From Trueperaceae bacterium (lineage in GTDB: Bacteria; Deinococcota; Deinococci; Deinococcales; Trueperaceae), in contig OZ243913.1 in the NCBI GenBank assembly GCA_965213705.1, forward strand, positions 2,336,001-2,400,000: 64,000 nt of DNA, in the 5' to 3' direction. How positions within the stretch are numbered: the stretch's first letter is position 1; the number at the start of each line of letters is the position of its first letter. Under the pieces are notes generated by a model. That model was not told where the DNA came from, did no database searches, and worked only from the letters and a program-made list of their open reading frames with translations. This document shows, piece after piece, positions 30,853 to 40,598 of the stretch. The position numbers were made by a program, and so were the translations under genes.

Positions 30853-30974
30853 ACCTCCTGGGTTGGTTTAAACCCCAGTGTAACGCAAGTTTCAATAAGG
30901 AACTTGAGGCTGCTCGGTTGCGACCGAAAGCGGGCCTGAAAAAACGTGTGACTCCTTTTTCGGCGCGCCCTTGC

Positions 30975-31010
30975 AAAAAAGAAGGCCTCGAGCTTTCAGG
31001 CTCGAGGTCT
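30975..31010 (-). terminator. Intrinsic terminator downstream of tRNA-Leu
   Basis: Hairpin aggcctcgagc-tttcag-gctcgaggtct with an A-run on + (U-run on -). Confidence 0.75.
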
Positions 31011-31024
31011 CACCCAAAACGTGT

Positions 31025-31111
31025 TGGTGCCGAGGATGGGACTTGAACCCACACAACCTCGCGGTCACTAGAACCTGAATCTAGCGCGTCTACCAATTCC
31101 GCCACCTCGGC
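31025..31111 (-). tRNA. tRNA-Leu (anticodon CAG)
   Basis: Reverse complement gccgaggtggcggaattggtagacgcgctagattcaggttctag...ggttcaagtcccatcctcggcacca; long variable arm; encoded CCA. Confidence 0.96.
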
Positions 31112-31136
31112 CCGGCTGGGCTGCAGACAAGGTGTA

Positions 31137-31165
31137 AGTGTAGCAACTATTCCCCGAGGGCGCAA
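31137..31165 (-). promoter_or_regulatory. Sigma70-type promoter of tRNA-Leu
   Basis: TTGCGC-N17-TACACT with extended TG on the minus strand. Confidence 0.6.
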
Positions 31166-31180
31166 TACCCGGTTTTTAGG

Positions 31181-31798
31181 CTATTCGTCGGCGGTCGTGC
31201 GCAACAGCTCGGCGTCGAGCAGCTTGATTTTGCCGTAGCCCGCGTCGATGGCCCCAGAGCGGGACAGCTCGCCGACCACCTTGGTCACCGTTTCTCGTAC
31301 CGAACCCACCGCCGCGGCCAGGTCGTCGTGGGTGATGTGAACGGTCACGTCGCCGGCGTCGTCCTCGCTCGACAAGGCACTGTCTTTCAAGTCCAGCAAC
31401 TCGGCGGCGATGCGGGCCTTGAGGCGTTTGCCGGACAGCCGGTACAAAGAGCGGTACAGGTGTTCGACGACCTCGACCAGGTGCTCGTTCAGCTCGTTCA
31501 GTTCTTGCCGGTCCAGGCGTGTGGGCTCGAGCACGGCCAGCTCGCAGGGCGTAACGGCTTCGGCAAAGTAACGCCGCTTGAGGTTGTACAAAGCTTCCTC
31601 ACCAAAGTAGCCGCCCGGCTTGACATAGCGCAGCGTCAGCCCGGTTCCTTCGTTGTCGACCGTGTGAATACGCACCAAGCCGTCGCGTACTCGGTACAAG
31701 TAAGAGGGGTCACCCGGAAAGAGGATGACTTCGTCGGGATTGTAGGTTTGTATGTCCACGTAGTTTGTTTGAGGCAGGGCACTACTCATCGGCAACAT
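31181..31798 (-). CDS. CRP/FNR-family transcriptional regulator (DdrI/SdrP-like)
   Basis: cNMP-like domain with YFGEEAL; HTH ITHDDLAAAVGSVRETVTKVVGEL. Confidence 0.88.
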   Translation of the reverse strand: MLPMSSALPQTNYVDIQTYNPDEVILFPGDPSYLYRVRDGLVRIHTVDNEGTGLTLRYVKPGGYFGEEALYNLKRRYFAEAVTPCELAVLEPTRLDRQELNELNEHLVEVVEHLYRSLYRLSGKRLKARIAAELLDLKDSALSSEDDAGDVTVHITHDDLAAAVGSVRETVTKVVGELSRSGAIDAGYGKIKLLDAELLRTTADE

Positions 31799-31921
31799 CC
31801 GTCTCCGGCGTTTCTCGGTTGCCCCGTTCGGTCCTCACAAGGCACTATAGCTGTAAGGTAGTCGAGTACTTAATAGCGCACCTTACGAAGACGTTTCGGC
31901 ACCTTCGCGGCTTCTTGACGT

Positions 31922-33004
31922 TCAAACGTTGAACAAGAAGTGAACGACGTCGCCGTCTTGCACGACGTACTCTTTACCCTCGGTGCGCACCCAGCCTTTG
32001 GCTTTTGCCGCCGGGACGCTGCCCGCCTCGACGAGCTTTTGCCACTGGATGACCTCGGCGCGGATAAAGCCGCGTTCGAAGTCGGTGTGAATTGCGCCGG
32101 CGGCCTGCGGCGCACGGCTGCCGCGCGTCACCGTCCAGGCCCGCACCTCTTTTTCGCCCGCGGTCAAAAAGGTGAGGAGGCCTAAGGCGTCGTAGCCCTT
32201 GTGGATGAGGCGGTTCAAACCGGGTTCACTCAAGCCCAAATCCTGCAAAAAAGCAGCCTGGTCCTCGCTGGACAGTTCGCCGAGTTCCTGCTCGATTTTA
32301 GCCGAGATGACGACCGTCTCGGCACCCTCTTGAGCGGCCAGTTCGCGCACCTGTTCGACGTAGCGGTTGCCCGCCGTCACGTCGTCTTCGGCCACATTGC
32401 ACACGTAAATCACGGGTTTGGCGGTGAGCAGGTTGAATTGGGGCAGCTCCACGTCCGTCAGCCTGGCAGGGGTGCCCTGGGAGAGGTGCTCGAGCAGCGC
32501 GTCGGCCGCCGTGACTGTCGCCGCGTCCTCGGGGCTGGCCTTGGCGCTGCGGCGCAGTTTCTCCAAGCGCTTTTCCAAACTGCCGATGTCGGCCAGCGCC
32601 AGTTCGGTGTTGATGGTCTCGATGTCGGCCAGCGGGTCGACCCGGTTGGCGACGTGGATAACGTTGTCGTCGTCGAAACAGCGCACCACGTGCGCCACGG
32701 CCGAGACCTCGCGGATGTTCGCCAAAAACTGGTTGCCCAGACCCTCACCCTGGCTCGCCCCTTTGACCAACCCGGCGATGTCGACGAATTCGACGGTGGT
32801 GGGCACTACGGGCGGCACACGCTCGCCCTTGGTGTAGAGTTTTTTGAGCGCGGCGAGCCGTTCGTCCGGCACCGGCACCACCCCGACGTTTTTGTCGATG
32901 GTGGCGAACGGGTAGTTGGCCGCCTCGACCTGCGCCTTGGTAATCGCGTTGAAAAGCGTACTCTTGCCCACATTGGGCAGTCCGACGATGCCGATTCCCA
33001 GCAT
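31922..33004 (-). CDS. ychF: Redox-regulated ATPase YchF
   Basis: [49 protein letters not shown]. Confidence 0.97.
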   Translation of the reverse strand: MLGIGIVGLPNVGKSTLFNAITKAQVEAANYPFATIDKNVGVVPVPDERLAALKKLYTKGERVPPVVPTTVEFVDIAGLVKGASQGEGLGNQFLANIREVSAVAHVVRCFDDDNVIHVANRVDPLADIETINTELALADIGSLEKRLEKLRRSAKASPEDAATVTAADALLEHLSQGTPARLTDVELPQFNLLTAKPVIYVCNVAEDDVTAGNRYVEQVRELAAQEGAETVVISAKIEQELGELSSEDQAAFLQDLGLSEPGLNRLIHKGYDALGLLTFLTAGEKEVRAWTVTRGSRAPQAAGAIHTDFERGFIRAEVIQWQKLVEAGSVPAAKAKGWVRTEGKEYVVQDGDVVHFLFNV

Positions 33005-33226
33005 TAGACAACTCCTTCGGGGTGTCCGGCTTCAAACACCAAAGAAGCAGTATAGCAAGCCGTCGTGAGCTGTTTATTGAGGGCTCGAGACGAGAAAGCC
33101 CTAATTCCAACCTACATTTTTCCGACGCTGTAAAGTTCGCTTTCGAAGAGGCGGTTGACCGTGAGCGGCACCGCGCTCATGCTATTCTCGGCGCTATGAA
33201 AGTTAGACCATGAAGAAAGTCGAACC

Positions 33227-34222
33227 ATGAACATAGGTCTTTTGGGTGCGGGTACGGTCGGCATGGCCGTCGCCCAGCTTTTGGCAACCCGTGACGATGT
33301 GGACGCCTCGCTCGCCAAGGTGTTGGTGAAGGATTTGGACAAGGCTCGAGACCCCATCCCCAGTCACCTCCTCACCACCGACCCGGACGAGGTTTTGGAC
33401 GCTGCCGACGTGCTGGTCGAGGTGATGGGCGGCACCGGCTTGGCGGGCGACCTCACACTCGTCGCCCTGGAGCAAGGCAAACAGGTCGTCACCGCCAACA
33501 AAGCGGTCTTGGCCGAGCGTTGGGACGAACTAGTGCCCTTCATCGACGCGGGCCAGCTGTATTTCGAGGCGGCGGTGATGGCGGGTACGCCCGTCGTCGG
33601 GCCGCTGACCGGGGCGTTGCGGGGCTCACTGCCCGTCGAACTCCACGCGATTTTGAACGGAACGTGCAGCTATATTTTGGGCGAGCTTGAAAAAGGCGCC
33701 GACTTCGCAACGGCCCTCGCCGAAGCCCAACGCCTCGGCTACGCCGAGGCCGACCCCACGCTCGACATAGGCGGGTTCGACGCGGCGCACAAACTGAATG
33801 TGTTGGCGCGACTCGTGTTCGACCCCCAACTGAGTTGGGACACCGTCAAGGGTACGACCACCGGCATCGAACGGCTGACCCCGGAAACGATGCAAAAGGC
33901 GCTCGAACTCGGCGGCCGGGTGCGCTTGCTAGGCAGCGTCTATCCCGAGGACGGCGCGTGGCAAACAACCGTGCGGCCGGTGTTTCTGCCGAACGTTCAC
34001 CCCTTGGCGAGCGCCGCGAGCGGGCGCAACGCGCTGTACTTTCGCGGCGACGCGGTCGGCGAAGTGCTCATCACGGGCGCGGGCGCGGGCGGAATGCCGA
34101 CGGCGAGCGGGGTGGTGGCCGACCTACTCGCTGCGCTCGAGGGTCGGCCCGGCCCGAGCCCGTTAAAAAAAGCCGTACCCGTGCCTACTGAGCCCGTCGC
34201 CAAACTCGAGGAGCTGCGGTGA
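33227..34222 (+). CDS. hom: Homoserine dehydrogenase (no ACT domain)
   Basis: GAGTVG, VVTANK, ILNGT, GYAEADPTLDIGGFDAAHKL, GAGAGG. Confidence 0.94.
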   Translation: MNIGLLGAGTVGMAVAQLLATRDDVDASLAKVLVKDLDKARDPIPSHLLTTDPDEVLDAADVLVEVMGGTGLAGDLTLVALEQGKQVVTANKAVLAERWDELVPFIDAGQLYFEAAVMAGTPVVGPLTGALRGSLPVELHAILNGTCSYILGELEKGADFATALAEAQRLGYAEADPTLDIGGFDAAHKLNVLARLVFDPQLSWDTVKGTTTGIERLTPETMQKALELGGRVRLLGSVYPEDGAWQTTVRPVFLPNVHPLASAASGRNALYFRGDAVGEVLITGAGAGGMPTASGVVADLLAALEGRPGPSPLKKAVPVPTEPVAKLEELR

Positions 34223-34512
34223 CAAGGTCTGCGGTGACAAGCGTGCAGTGGGACTACCTCTCTATCAGGTTCACCTACAAGGGGCGCGGCATCACGAAGG
34301 AGTTCGCCCTGCTGGACGTCGACGGTGAGCGGGTGAGCAGTTACTCAAGCCAAGACGAGGAAGCCCCCGCGAGCCTGCCCGAACTTTTGGCGCTCGTCGG
34401 GGCGGACGGCTGGGAGTTGGCGACCCACGCGTTTTCCGAGACCAGCGGGATGCACCACATGCACTTCAAACGTCCCCGCGACGCTCGAGCCGAACCCCAG
34501 GCCACGCTGTGA
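34219..34512 (+). CDS. Hypothetical protein coupled between hom and thrC
   Basis: GTGA overlaps at both ends; VGADGWEL motif. Confidence 0.65.
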   Translation: MTRSAVTSVQWDYLSIRFTYKGRGITKEFALLDVDGERVSSYSSQDEEAPASLPELLALVGADGWELATHAFSETSGMHHMHFKRPRDARAEPQATL

Positions 34513-35795
34513 GCGCCTACTTCAGCACCCGCGACGAGGCCAAAACACTTCTCTCGTTCGAAGACGCCCTTCTCAAAGGCCTCGCCCCGGACGGCGGTTT
34601 GTTCGTTCCCGACTGCGTGCCGCGGCTCGAGCCCGCCACTTGGCGAGACGCCGATACCCTCGCCGAACTGGGTGTTAAAGTTTTGCCAGCCTGGCTCGAG
34701 GACGAAATCGTCCCTGACGTTTTGGAGCATATCGTCCGCGACGCGTTGGACTTTTCGGTGCCGCTGGTCGAGTTGGAAAAAGGTTTGTGGGTGCTCGAGC
34801 TGTTTCATGGCCCCACGCTGTCGTTCAAAGACGTCGGCGCGCGCACGATGGCGCGACTCATGCAGCACTTTTTGAACAGGCGCGGCGAGACGCGCACCAT
34901 CCTCGTCGCGACCTCGGGCGACACCGGCAGCGCCGTGGCGGACGGCTTCGCGGGCATGGACAACATCGAGGTCGTACTGCTCTACCCCGCGGGCAAGGTC
35001 AGCGAGGTGCAAGAGCGGCAACTCATCATGAAGCGCCCCGGCGTGCGGAGTTTCAAGGTCGAGGGCAGTTTCGACGACTGCCAGCGCCTGGTTAAAGAAG
35101 CCTTTGTTGATGAGGCCCTAGCCCACTTGCCCTTGTCCTCGGCCAATTCCATCAACATCGGGCGCTTGCTGCCGCAGTCGCTGTACTACCTGTGGGCCGC
35201 GAAAAAGACCGGGCTTGACGCCCCAAACTTCTGCGTGCCGAGCGGCAACTTGGGCAACCTCACCGGGGGCGTGTTCGCGGCGCTCATGGGGCAAAAGGTC
35301 CACCGTTTCGTCGCCGCGCATAACGCGAACCGCTACTTTCCGGATTTTTTGAGTTCTACCGCCGAGGCTTATAGCTTCCCCGCCACTTTAGCCACCGTGT
35401 CCAACGCAATGGACGTGGGCTCGCCGAGCAACTTCGAGCGCCTTTATCATCTGGTGCCCTCAGAGCGCCTGCGCAACTGGCTGTGGGGTACGAGCGTGAC
35501 CGACGAGGTTACCTTAGAGCGCATGAAAACGGTTTACGAAACTTACAATTACGTCGCTTGCCCGCACACGGCGGTGGGCTTAGAGGGCGTGGCCCGCTAC
35601 CGCGCCGCAACCGGCGACGCTACGCCGACGATTGTCCTCGCCACCGCCCATCCGGCCAAGTTTCCCGACGCGGTCCGGCAAGCCCTGAACGTCGAGCCGC
35701 CACGAGAGGAGGCGCTCGAGTCCCTCATCCACGGCGAGACGAGTGTGACGGCGCTCGAGCCCACTTTGGCTGCTCTGCGGCAAGCTCTACTCTAA
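34509..35795 (+). CDS. thrC: Threonine synthase
   Basis: GLAPDGGLF, ELFHGPTLSFKDVG, ATSGDTG, SANSINIGRL, PSGNLGN, TAHPAKF. Confidence 0.96.
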   Translation: MSAYFSTRDEAKTLLSFEDALLKGLAPDGGLFVPDCVPRLEPATWRDADTLAELGVKVLPAWLEDEIVPDVLEHIVRDALDFSVPLVELEKGLWVLELFHGPTLSFKDVGARTMARLMQHFLNRRGETRTILVATSGDTGSAVADGFAGMDNIEVVLLYPAGKVSEVQERQLIMKRPGVRSFKVEGSFDDCQRLVKEAFVDEALAHLPLSSANSINIGRLLPQSLYYLWAAKKTGLDAPNFCVPSGNLGNLTGGVFAALMGQKVHRFVAAHNANRYFPDFLSSTAEAYSFPATLATVSNAMDVGSPSNFERLYHLVPSERLRNWLWGTSVTDEVTLERMKTVYETYNYVACPHTAVGLEGVARYRAATGDATPTIVLATAHPAKFPDAVRQALNVEPPREEALESLIHGETSVTALEPTLAALRQALL

Positions 35796-35798
35796 GTT

Positions 35799-36419
35799 AT
35801 GAACGTTTACATCGTCCGGCACGGCGAAACGCAGAGCAACCTGGACAAACGCTTTCAGGGGAGTTTGCCCGTTCCCCTCACGCCTGCGGGCGAAGGGCAG
35901 GCAAAGCGTCTCGGCGCGTGGTTACGCCATGCCGAGGTAGACGACGTCCTCTCGAGCCCCGCCCTGCGCGCCGTACAAACGGCGGAGATTTTAGCCTGTT
36001 GCTCGGGTCAAGCCAACAGTATCGTTTTAGCGCCCGCCCTTGCTGAAATCGACTGCGGCGCGTGGCAGGGTAAGACGTTTGAAGAGGTTGAACTTGAAGA
36101 CCCTGAGACGTTCTCGGGTTGGCGAAGCGGCAGTGTCTCGTTTTGTTTTCCGCAGGGCGAAAACCTCATGGGGGTTCGCAAGCGAGTCGGCAGGTTCTTC
36201 GACAAAATCGTTGCAGAACGTGCGGGCGAAAACCTCGTTCTCGTCTCCCACGGCGCGGCCATCACCATGCTGCTTACGCACGTTTTGAAGTTGGACCCTG
36301 GCGAGGCGTGGCAAACGGGTCATCTCATCCACAAAAATACGGCTGTAACACGGCTCGAGCTGAATCCCCGAACACGTGAAGTTGTCGCTTCCGTCGTCGC
36401 TCAGACAGACCACTTGTGA
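35799..36419 (+). CDS. Histidine phosphatase (phosphoglycerate mutase-like) family protein
   Basis: RHGET, SSPALRAVQTA, VSHG. Confidence 0.9.
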   Translation: MNVYIVRHGETQSNLDKRFQGSLPVPLTPAGEGQAKRLGAWLRHAEVDDVLSSPALRAVQTAEILACCSGQANSIVLAPALAEIDCGAWQGKTFEEVELEDPETFSGWRSGSVSFCFPQGENLMGVRKRVGRFFDKIVAERAGENLVLVSHGAAITMLLTHVLKLDPGEAWQTGHLIHKNTAVTRLELNPRTREVVASVVAQTDHL

Positions 36420-36619
36420 TGCCCATTTATAAATTTCGCACCTTCGAAGAAGCGCGAGAAGCCCTGTGGAGCGATGTGCTGGACGAGGCGTACCTGAAGC
36501 GCGTGGCCGACCTTTGGGAAAAGTCGGCAAAGCTGCATCCCAAGCGCTTTCGGCCGGGCGTCTACAAGTACCGGTCGATTGAAGAAATGAACCAGGCTCG
36601 AGACCACTTGCTCGACTGA
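36416..36619 (+). CDS. Small hypothetical protein
   Basis: MPIYKFRTFEEAREALW...GVYKYRSIEE, internally repeated motif; overlaps the upstream stop. Confidence 0.6.
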   Translation: MMPIYKFRTFEEAREALWSDVLDEAYLKRVADLWEKSAKLHPKRFRPGVYKYRSIEEMNQARDHLLD

Positions 36620-36628
36620 CACTCCAAC

Positions 36629-37477
36629 CTAACGCCGCACCGCGTACGGCCCCGTTTCGTCATTCCCCAAATGCAGCACCCGCATGTCCTCCATGAGTTT
36701 TTTTAAGAGCGCCAGCAAGCTGTACTCGGTGAACTTGGCAAGCTCCCCGCTCACGCCGGGATAGACTGCTTCGCGCAGTTCGGAGAGCGTGAGGGGACCG
36801 GATTGAAGCGCCGTGTAAACTTGCTCGAGCCGCTCCAAGCGGTGTTGCCGCACCTCGTTCAGTTTGGTGTAGGGGTCGTCAATCATCTCGCCGTGGCCCG
36901 GCCCGAGGGCGGTGAGCTTCAGGCCGCGCAAGGTGTCGATGGTAGCGAGATAGTCCGCCACGTCCCCCTCGGGCACGCCGACCCAGGTCGAGCCCTTGCC
37001 CGCCAACACGTCGCCGACGAGGGCGAGCTTGTCGGCCTCAAGGTAGTAACTCAGGTGGCCGGGGCTGTGGCCGGGGGTAAAAATCGTGCGGACGGTTTTG
37101 TTGCCGACGACGAGCGTTCGGTCGGGGTTGAGAGCCTGGAGGTTTTGGAGGTCGGGCGTCTCGAGCCTTGGCAGTTCGTTCGGGTGGACGTACACCGCAA
37201 CGCCGGGCCAGCGCTCCTGCACCAAGCCCAAACCCGCGACGTGGTCGCCGTGGCTGTGGGTGAGAAGGACGGCCTTGAGAAAGGTGACCCGTGCGGCTCC
37301 GAGTGCCGCGGCGACCTCTGCCAAACTCGCCGGTTCGTGAAAACCGGGGTCGACGAGCACGCCCACGCCGCCGTCCGCGACGAGGTAGCTGTTCGTCGTC
37401 GTAAAGGGCGGCAGGGTCTGGCTGGGCAGCTCGAGCCGCCACACGCCGGGGGCAACGTGTTCGTGGAGTGAAGTCAC
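36629..37477 (-). CDS. MBL-fold metallo-hydrolase
   Basis: THSHGDH, TPGHSPGH, GD, PGHG; probable GTG start at 37477. Confidence 0.9.
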   Translation of the reverse strand: MTSLHEHVAPGVWRLELPSQTLPPFTTTNSYLVADGGVGVLVDPGFHEPASLAEVAAALGAARVTFLKAVLLTHSHGDHVAGLGLVQERWPGVAVYVHPNELPRLETPDLQNLQALNPDRTLVVGNKTVRTIFTPGHSPGHLSYYLEADKLALVGDVLAGKGSTWVGVPEGDVADYLATIDTLRGLKLTALGPGHGEMIDDPYTKLNEVRQHRLERLEQVYTALQSGPLTLSELREAVYPGVSGELAKFTEYSLLALLKKLMEDMRVLHLGNDETGPYAVRR

Positions 37478-37566
37478 GTTAGGTAAAGACGAAAAAAGTA
37501 CCGAGTGAAAAGGGGCAAGCTTTTTCTCCTCTTCCACACAAAAAACGAGTGCTCAGACACGAGCAA

Positions 37567-38493
37567 CTATCTTCTCAGGTACTCAACGGCTGCGTCCAGC
37601 GCGTCCGCGCCCGGAGTTGCAACGTCCGGCACCACGCCGCGGCCTTCCCAGGTAGGGCCGCCGATGGGGGCCAGGACGCCTGCGGCAATCCAGGCTTGCG
37701 AACCGTCGCGGAGGCAAAAGGGCAGCACCGCCTCGACGTTGCCCGCGCTCGTTTCGCCGATGACGACCGCCCGGCCCCGGTCTTGCAAAGCGCCGGCCAG
37801 GCCCTCAGCCGCGCTGTTGACGTTGCCGTCGATAAGCACAACGAGCGGCAGTTCGGTCTCGACGGCGCCGATGGCGGGGTAGGGCAGCGGCAGCGCCCAG
37901 TTGGTCACGGTGCGCCACAAAAAGCCGTTTGTGAACACGCCTGCGGTTTGCATCATCTCGACCAAGCGGCCGCCCGGGTTCCCGCGCAGGTCGAGAACAA
38001 AGCCCTGCGCGCCCTGTTGCACCAGGTCTCTAACGGCTTGCCGCACGTTGCCAGCGACATTGTTAGAGGCCAAGTCGGGCAGCCGGATGTAGCCGACCGA
38101 ACCGTCCAACAAGTCGTATTCGACGTTGCCCAAACGCTCAGAGGTTCGGGTTTGCGCGAAAACGCCCAGGCAGGGCAAGTCGCCGTATTCTTCACGAATT
38201 CTCGCAACCTTTTGGGGCGGTACAAAAACCGAGTGGCTGTCGCCGATGCGCTCGTACATTCGCTCGAGCACCCCGTAAAACGCCGCGTCGTCCGCGGCGG
38301 CGAGGGCTTCGGGCTCGAACTCGGTGCGAACCTCGTCCCAGTCCAGACCCAAGTCGGCCAGGTCCCAGTACCTTTCCGCCACGAGCCGCCAAGCCGTGTC
38401 GAAGCGGTTTGAGTAGTCTTGGGCGTACGCCGAGCCGAGAACCGACAGGGCGGCGAGCACGGACAAAAAAACGAGCACTGGAAAACGCTTCAT
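37567..38493 (-). CDS. Secreted S41-family peptidase (no PDZ domain)
   Basis: Signal peptide; GYIRL, LDLRGNPGG, SAAE, EGRGVVPD. Confidence 0.85.
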   Translation of the reverse strand: MKRFPVLVFLSVLAALSVLGSAYAQDYSNRFDTAWRLVAERYWDLADLGLDWDEVRTEFEPEALAAADDAAFYGVLERMYERIGDSHSVFVPPQKVARIREEYGDLPCLGVFAQTRTSERLGNVEYDLLDGSVGYIRLPDLASNNVAGNVRQAVRDLVQQGAQGFVLDLRGNPGGRLVEMMQTAGVFTNGFLWRTVTNWALPLPYPAIGAVETELPLVVLIDGNVNSAAEGLAGALQDRGRAVVIGETSAGNVEAVLPFCLRDGSQAWIAAGVLAPIGGPTWEGRGVVPDVATPGADALDAAVEYLRR

Positions 38494-38590
38494 AGACTTT
38501 CAGTGTAGCCTGTGCGTTCCGGGCCGGGGGCGCGGGGCCTTACGCGGATGTTTATAGCCCTCATAAAAGCAGCCGTAACTACCAACTGTG

Positions 38591-39538
38591 CTAGGTCGTC
38601 TCGAGCGGTAACAGGTCGCGGGCGTAGCGCTCGAGCAGTTCCTCGCTGATGGGGGGGCCTTGCGCGCCGATTTCGGTGACGTTGAGCGCGCCCGCCACGT
38701 TGCCGAGCCGGGCGGCGTCGCGTAAGTCGTAGCCCTGCATGATGCCGTGAGCGAAAGCCGCGGTGTAGTAGTCGCCCGCGCCCGCCGAATTGACCACGTC
38801 GTCGACCTCCAAGCCCTCGACAAGCTCGGTCAGCTCGGGCGTGATGACGATGGAACCCCGTTCCCCCACCTTGACGATGACGCGTTCGATACCGTGCCCG
38901 GCAAGCCCGGCGACCGCGTTGGAGATGGAGCTTTCGCCGGTCAGGGTGAACAGCTCTTTTTGGTTCATGAGCAGGTAGTCCACACTTTGAACCAAGGTGA
39001 TGAGCCGGTCTTTGAGCGCGTGAACCGCCCCGCTGCCCATGTCGATAAAGGTGGTAAGTCCGGCCTGCTTGGCGATGTCGAGCGCCTTGACCGCGTACTC
39101 GCGCTGCAACCCGCCGATGAGGCTGTACGCGCTCATGATGAGGGCGTCGCACTCGGTAATGGCTTTGGGGTCGAGTTCGGCCGCGTCCAAGTTGCGGCTC
39201 GCGCCGGGTGAACTGATCATGGTCCGCTGCGCGTCCGGAGTGATAAAGATGATGACGCTGCCCGTCGGCAAAGACTTGTCGCGCTGCAAGGTGCTGGTGT
39301 CGACACCGGCCGCCTTAACGTTTTGCAGTGCCAGCTCGGAGAACGGCCCACCGCCGATGCAGGTGGCGATTTTGACCTCGTGGCCGAGCTGGGCCAAGAC
39401 CGTGGCGATGGTGCCCCCCGCCCCGCCGGGCTCGGTAACGGCGCGGGTTACGGTGACTTCGCCACCCGCTTCTGGCAACTCGGTCACAAAATACATCAGG
39501 TCGGCGGTCATGTCGCCGACAACAAAGAACTTAGACAT
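38591..39538 (-). CDS. PfkB/ribokinase-family carbohydrate kinase
   Basis: PGGAGG, VKVGERGS, AGAGDYY anion-hole motif. Confidence 0.9.
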   Translation of the reverse strand: MSKFFVVGDMTADLMYFVTELPEAGGEVTVTRAVTEPGGAGGTIATVLAQLGHEVKIATCIGGGPFSELALQNVKAAGVDTSTLQRDKSLPTGSVIIFITPDAQRTMISSPGASRNLDAAELDPKAITECDALIMSAYSLIGGLQREYAVKALDIAKQAGLTTFIDMGSGAVHALKDRLITLVQSVDYLLMNQKELFTLTGESSISNAVAGLAGHGIERVIVKVGERGSIVITPELTELVEGLEVDDVVNSAGAGDYYTAAFAHGIMQGYDLRDAARLGNVAGALNVTEIGAQGPPISEELLERYARDLLPLETT

Positions 39539-39724
39539 CCGCCCCCTTTCAAACTGCTCCCGTGTGTTGTTTCAGGTTAACTTTACACTACCTTGGGTGA
39601 GTAAGTGTAGCGGTGTAGCCCTTTATGCTCGAGCTTGTTTGGTGAGCACAGTTTAGAAACGTCCACGAAGGAAGTCCAGGGACAAAAGACCTGGGAAACC
39701 TTCGCGCCCGCGCCGTGCGCGAAC

Positions 39725-40252
39725 TCAGTTGCCCGGCTCGATGAGGCCGTAGTCGCCGTCGTTGCGCAGGTAGATCACGCTCGTAAGGTTGGTCTCCAAG
39801 TTGTGAAACATAAAGAACGTGTGTCCCAGGGCCTCCATTTGTACGGCGGCGTCTTCGGGGGTCATGGGCCGCAAGACGTGCCGCTTGGTGCGTGCAAGGC
39901 GCGGTTCGGCGTCTTCTGCGGCGTCCTCGAGCGGCGGGGGAAGGTCGTTTGTGCGGCGAGCCAGCAGCTTGCCCTTGAAACGTTTGAGTTGCCGCTCCAA
40001 CTTGTCAACGACTTTGTCTACGGCGGCATAGGTGTCCTGACCGCTTTCTTCAGCCCGAACGATGCCGTGGGGCACGTTGAGTTGCACTTCGACCCGGGCC
40101 GGGTCGCTCGAGCCGCTGTCGTAAGACATCACCACTTTGGCGTCCACGATTTGGTCGGAGAACCGCTCCAACTTCTCGAGCTTGTCCTCGGCGTAGTTGC
40201 GCATGGCGTCGGTGACGTCTATGTTACGACCGGTAAGTTTATAAATGTTCAT
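39725..40252 (-). CDS. hpf: Ribosome hibernation promoting factor (long HPF/RaiA)
   Basis: GRNIDVTDAMRNYAEDKL, YAAVD...LERQL, MEALGHTFF, YLRNDGDYGLIEP. Confidence 0.93.
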   Translation of the reverse strand: MNIYKLTGRNIDVTDAMRNYAEDKLEKLERFSDQIVDAKVVMSYDSGSSDPARVEVQLNVPHGIVRAEESGQDTYAAVDKVVDKLERQLKRFKGKLLARRTNDLPPPLEDAAEDAEPRLARTKRHVLRPMTPEDAAVQMEALGHTFFMFHNLETNLTSVIYLRNDGDYGLIEPGN

Positions 40253-40598
40253 CGTTTCCCCTTCGGTTGCTGAGTACAGACTTGCTTCGGGTGCAGCCAG
40301 TGTACCACCGCGCCGAGGTTAGGCAGAGCTGACGCAAAGTAGGTCAGGCAAAGAGCCGCGGAGGAGCCGGTAAAGAAGGTAACAGGAAACAAACTTCTCA
40401 ACCCCCTCGAGTCGGACCTCCGCAGTTGTTCCACCTTGTTCATGAAGGCTACCGACCCACAAACCAGCCGACGAACCTTGCAACCAGCCATCAACCGAGG
40501 CCAGACGGTTTACCTCATGAGGACGCTGGCCTGAGTACCGTGGGTTCACTATCGCCAAGCTCCGTGCTTGTTAACCGCGTCTGCTTTAGACTGCAAGT

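Noticed and set aside
31025..31111. tRNA-Leu or tRNA-Ile (60632) as prophage/island attachment sites
   Set aside because: No integrase and no duplicated tRNA 3' end seen in the window
33198..33232. Imperfect ~17-bp duplication and mini-ORF (MKKVEP*) before hom as a Thr attenuator
   Set aside because: No Thr/Ile-rich leader peptide, T-box or terminator visible
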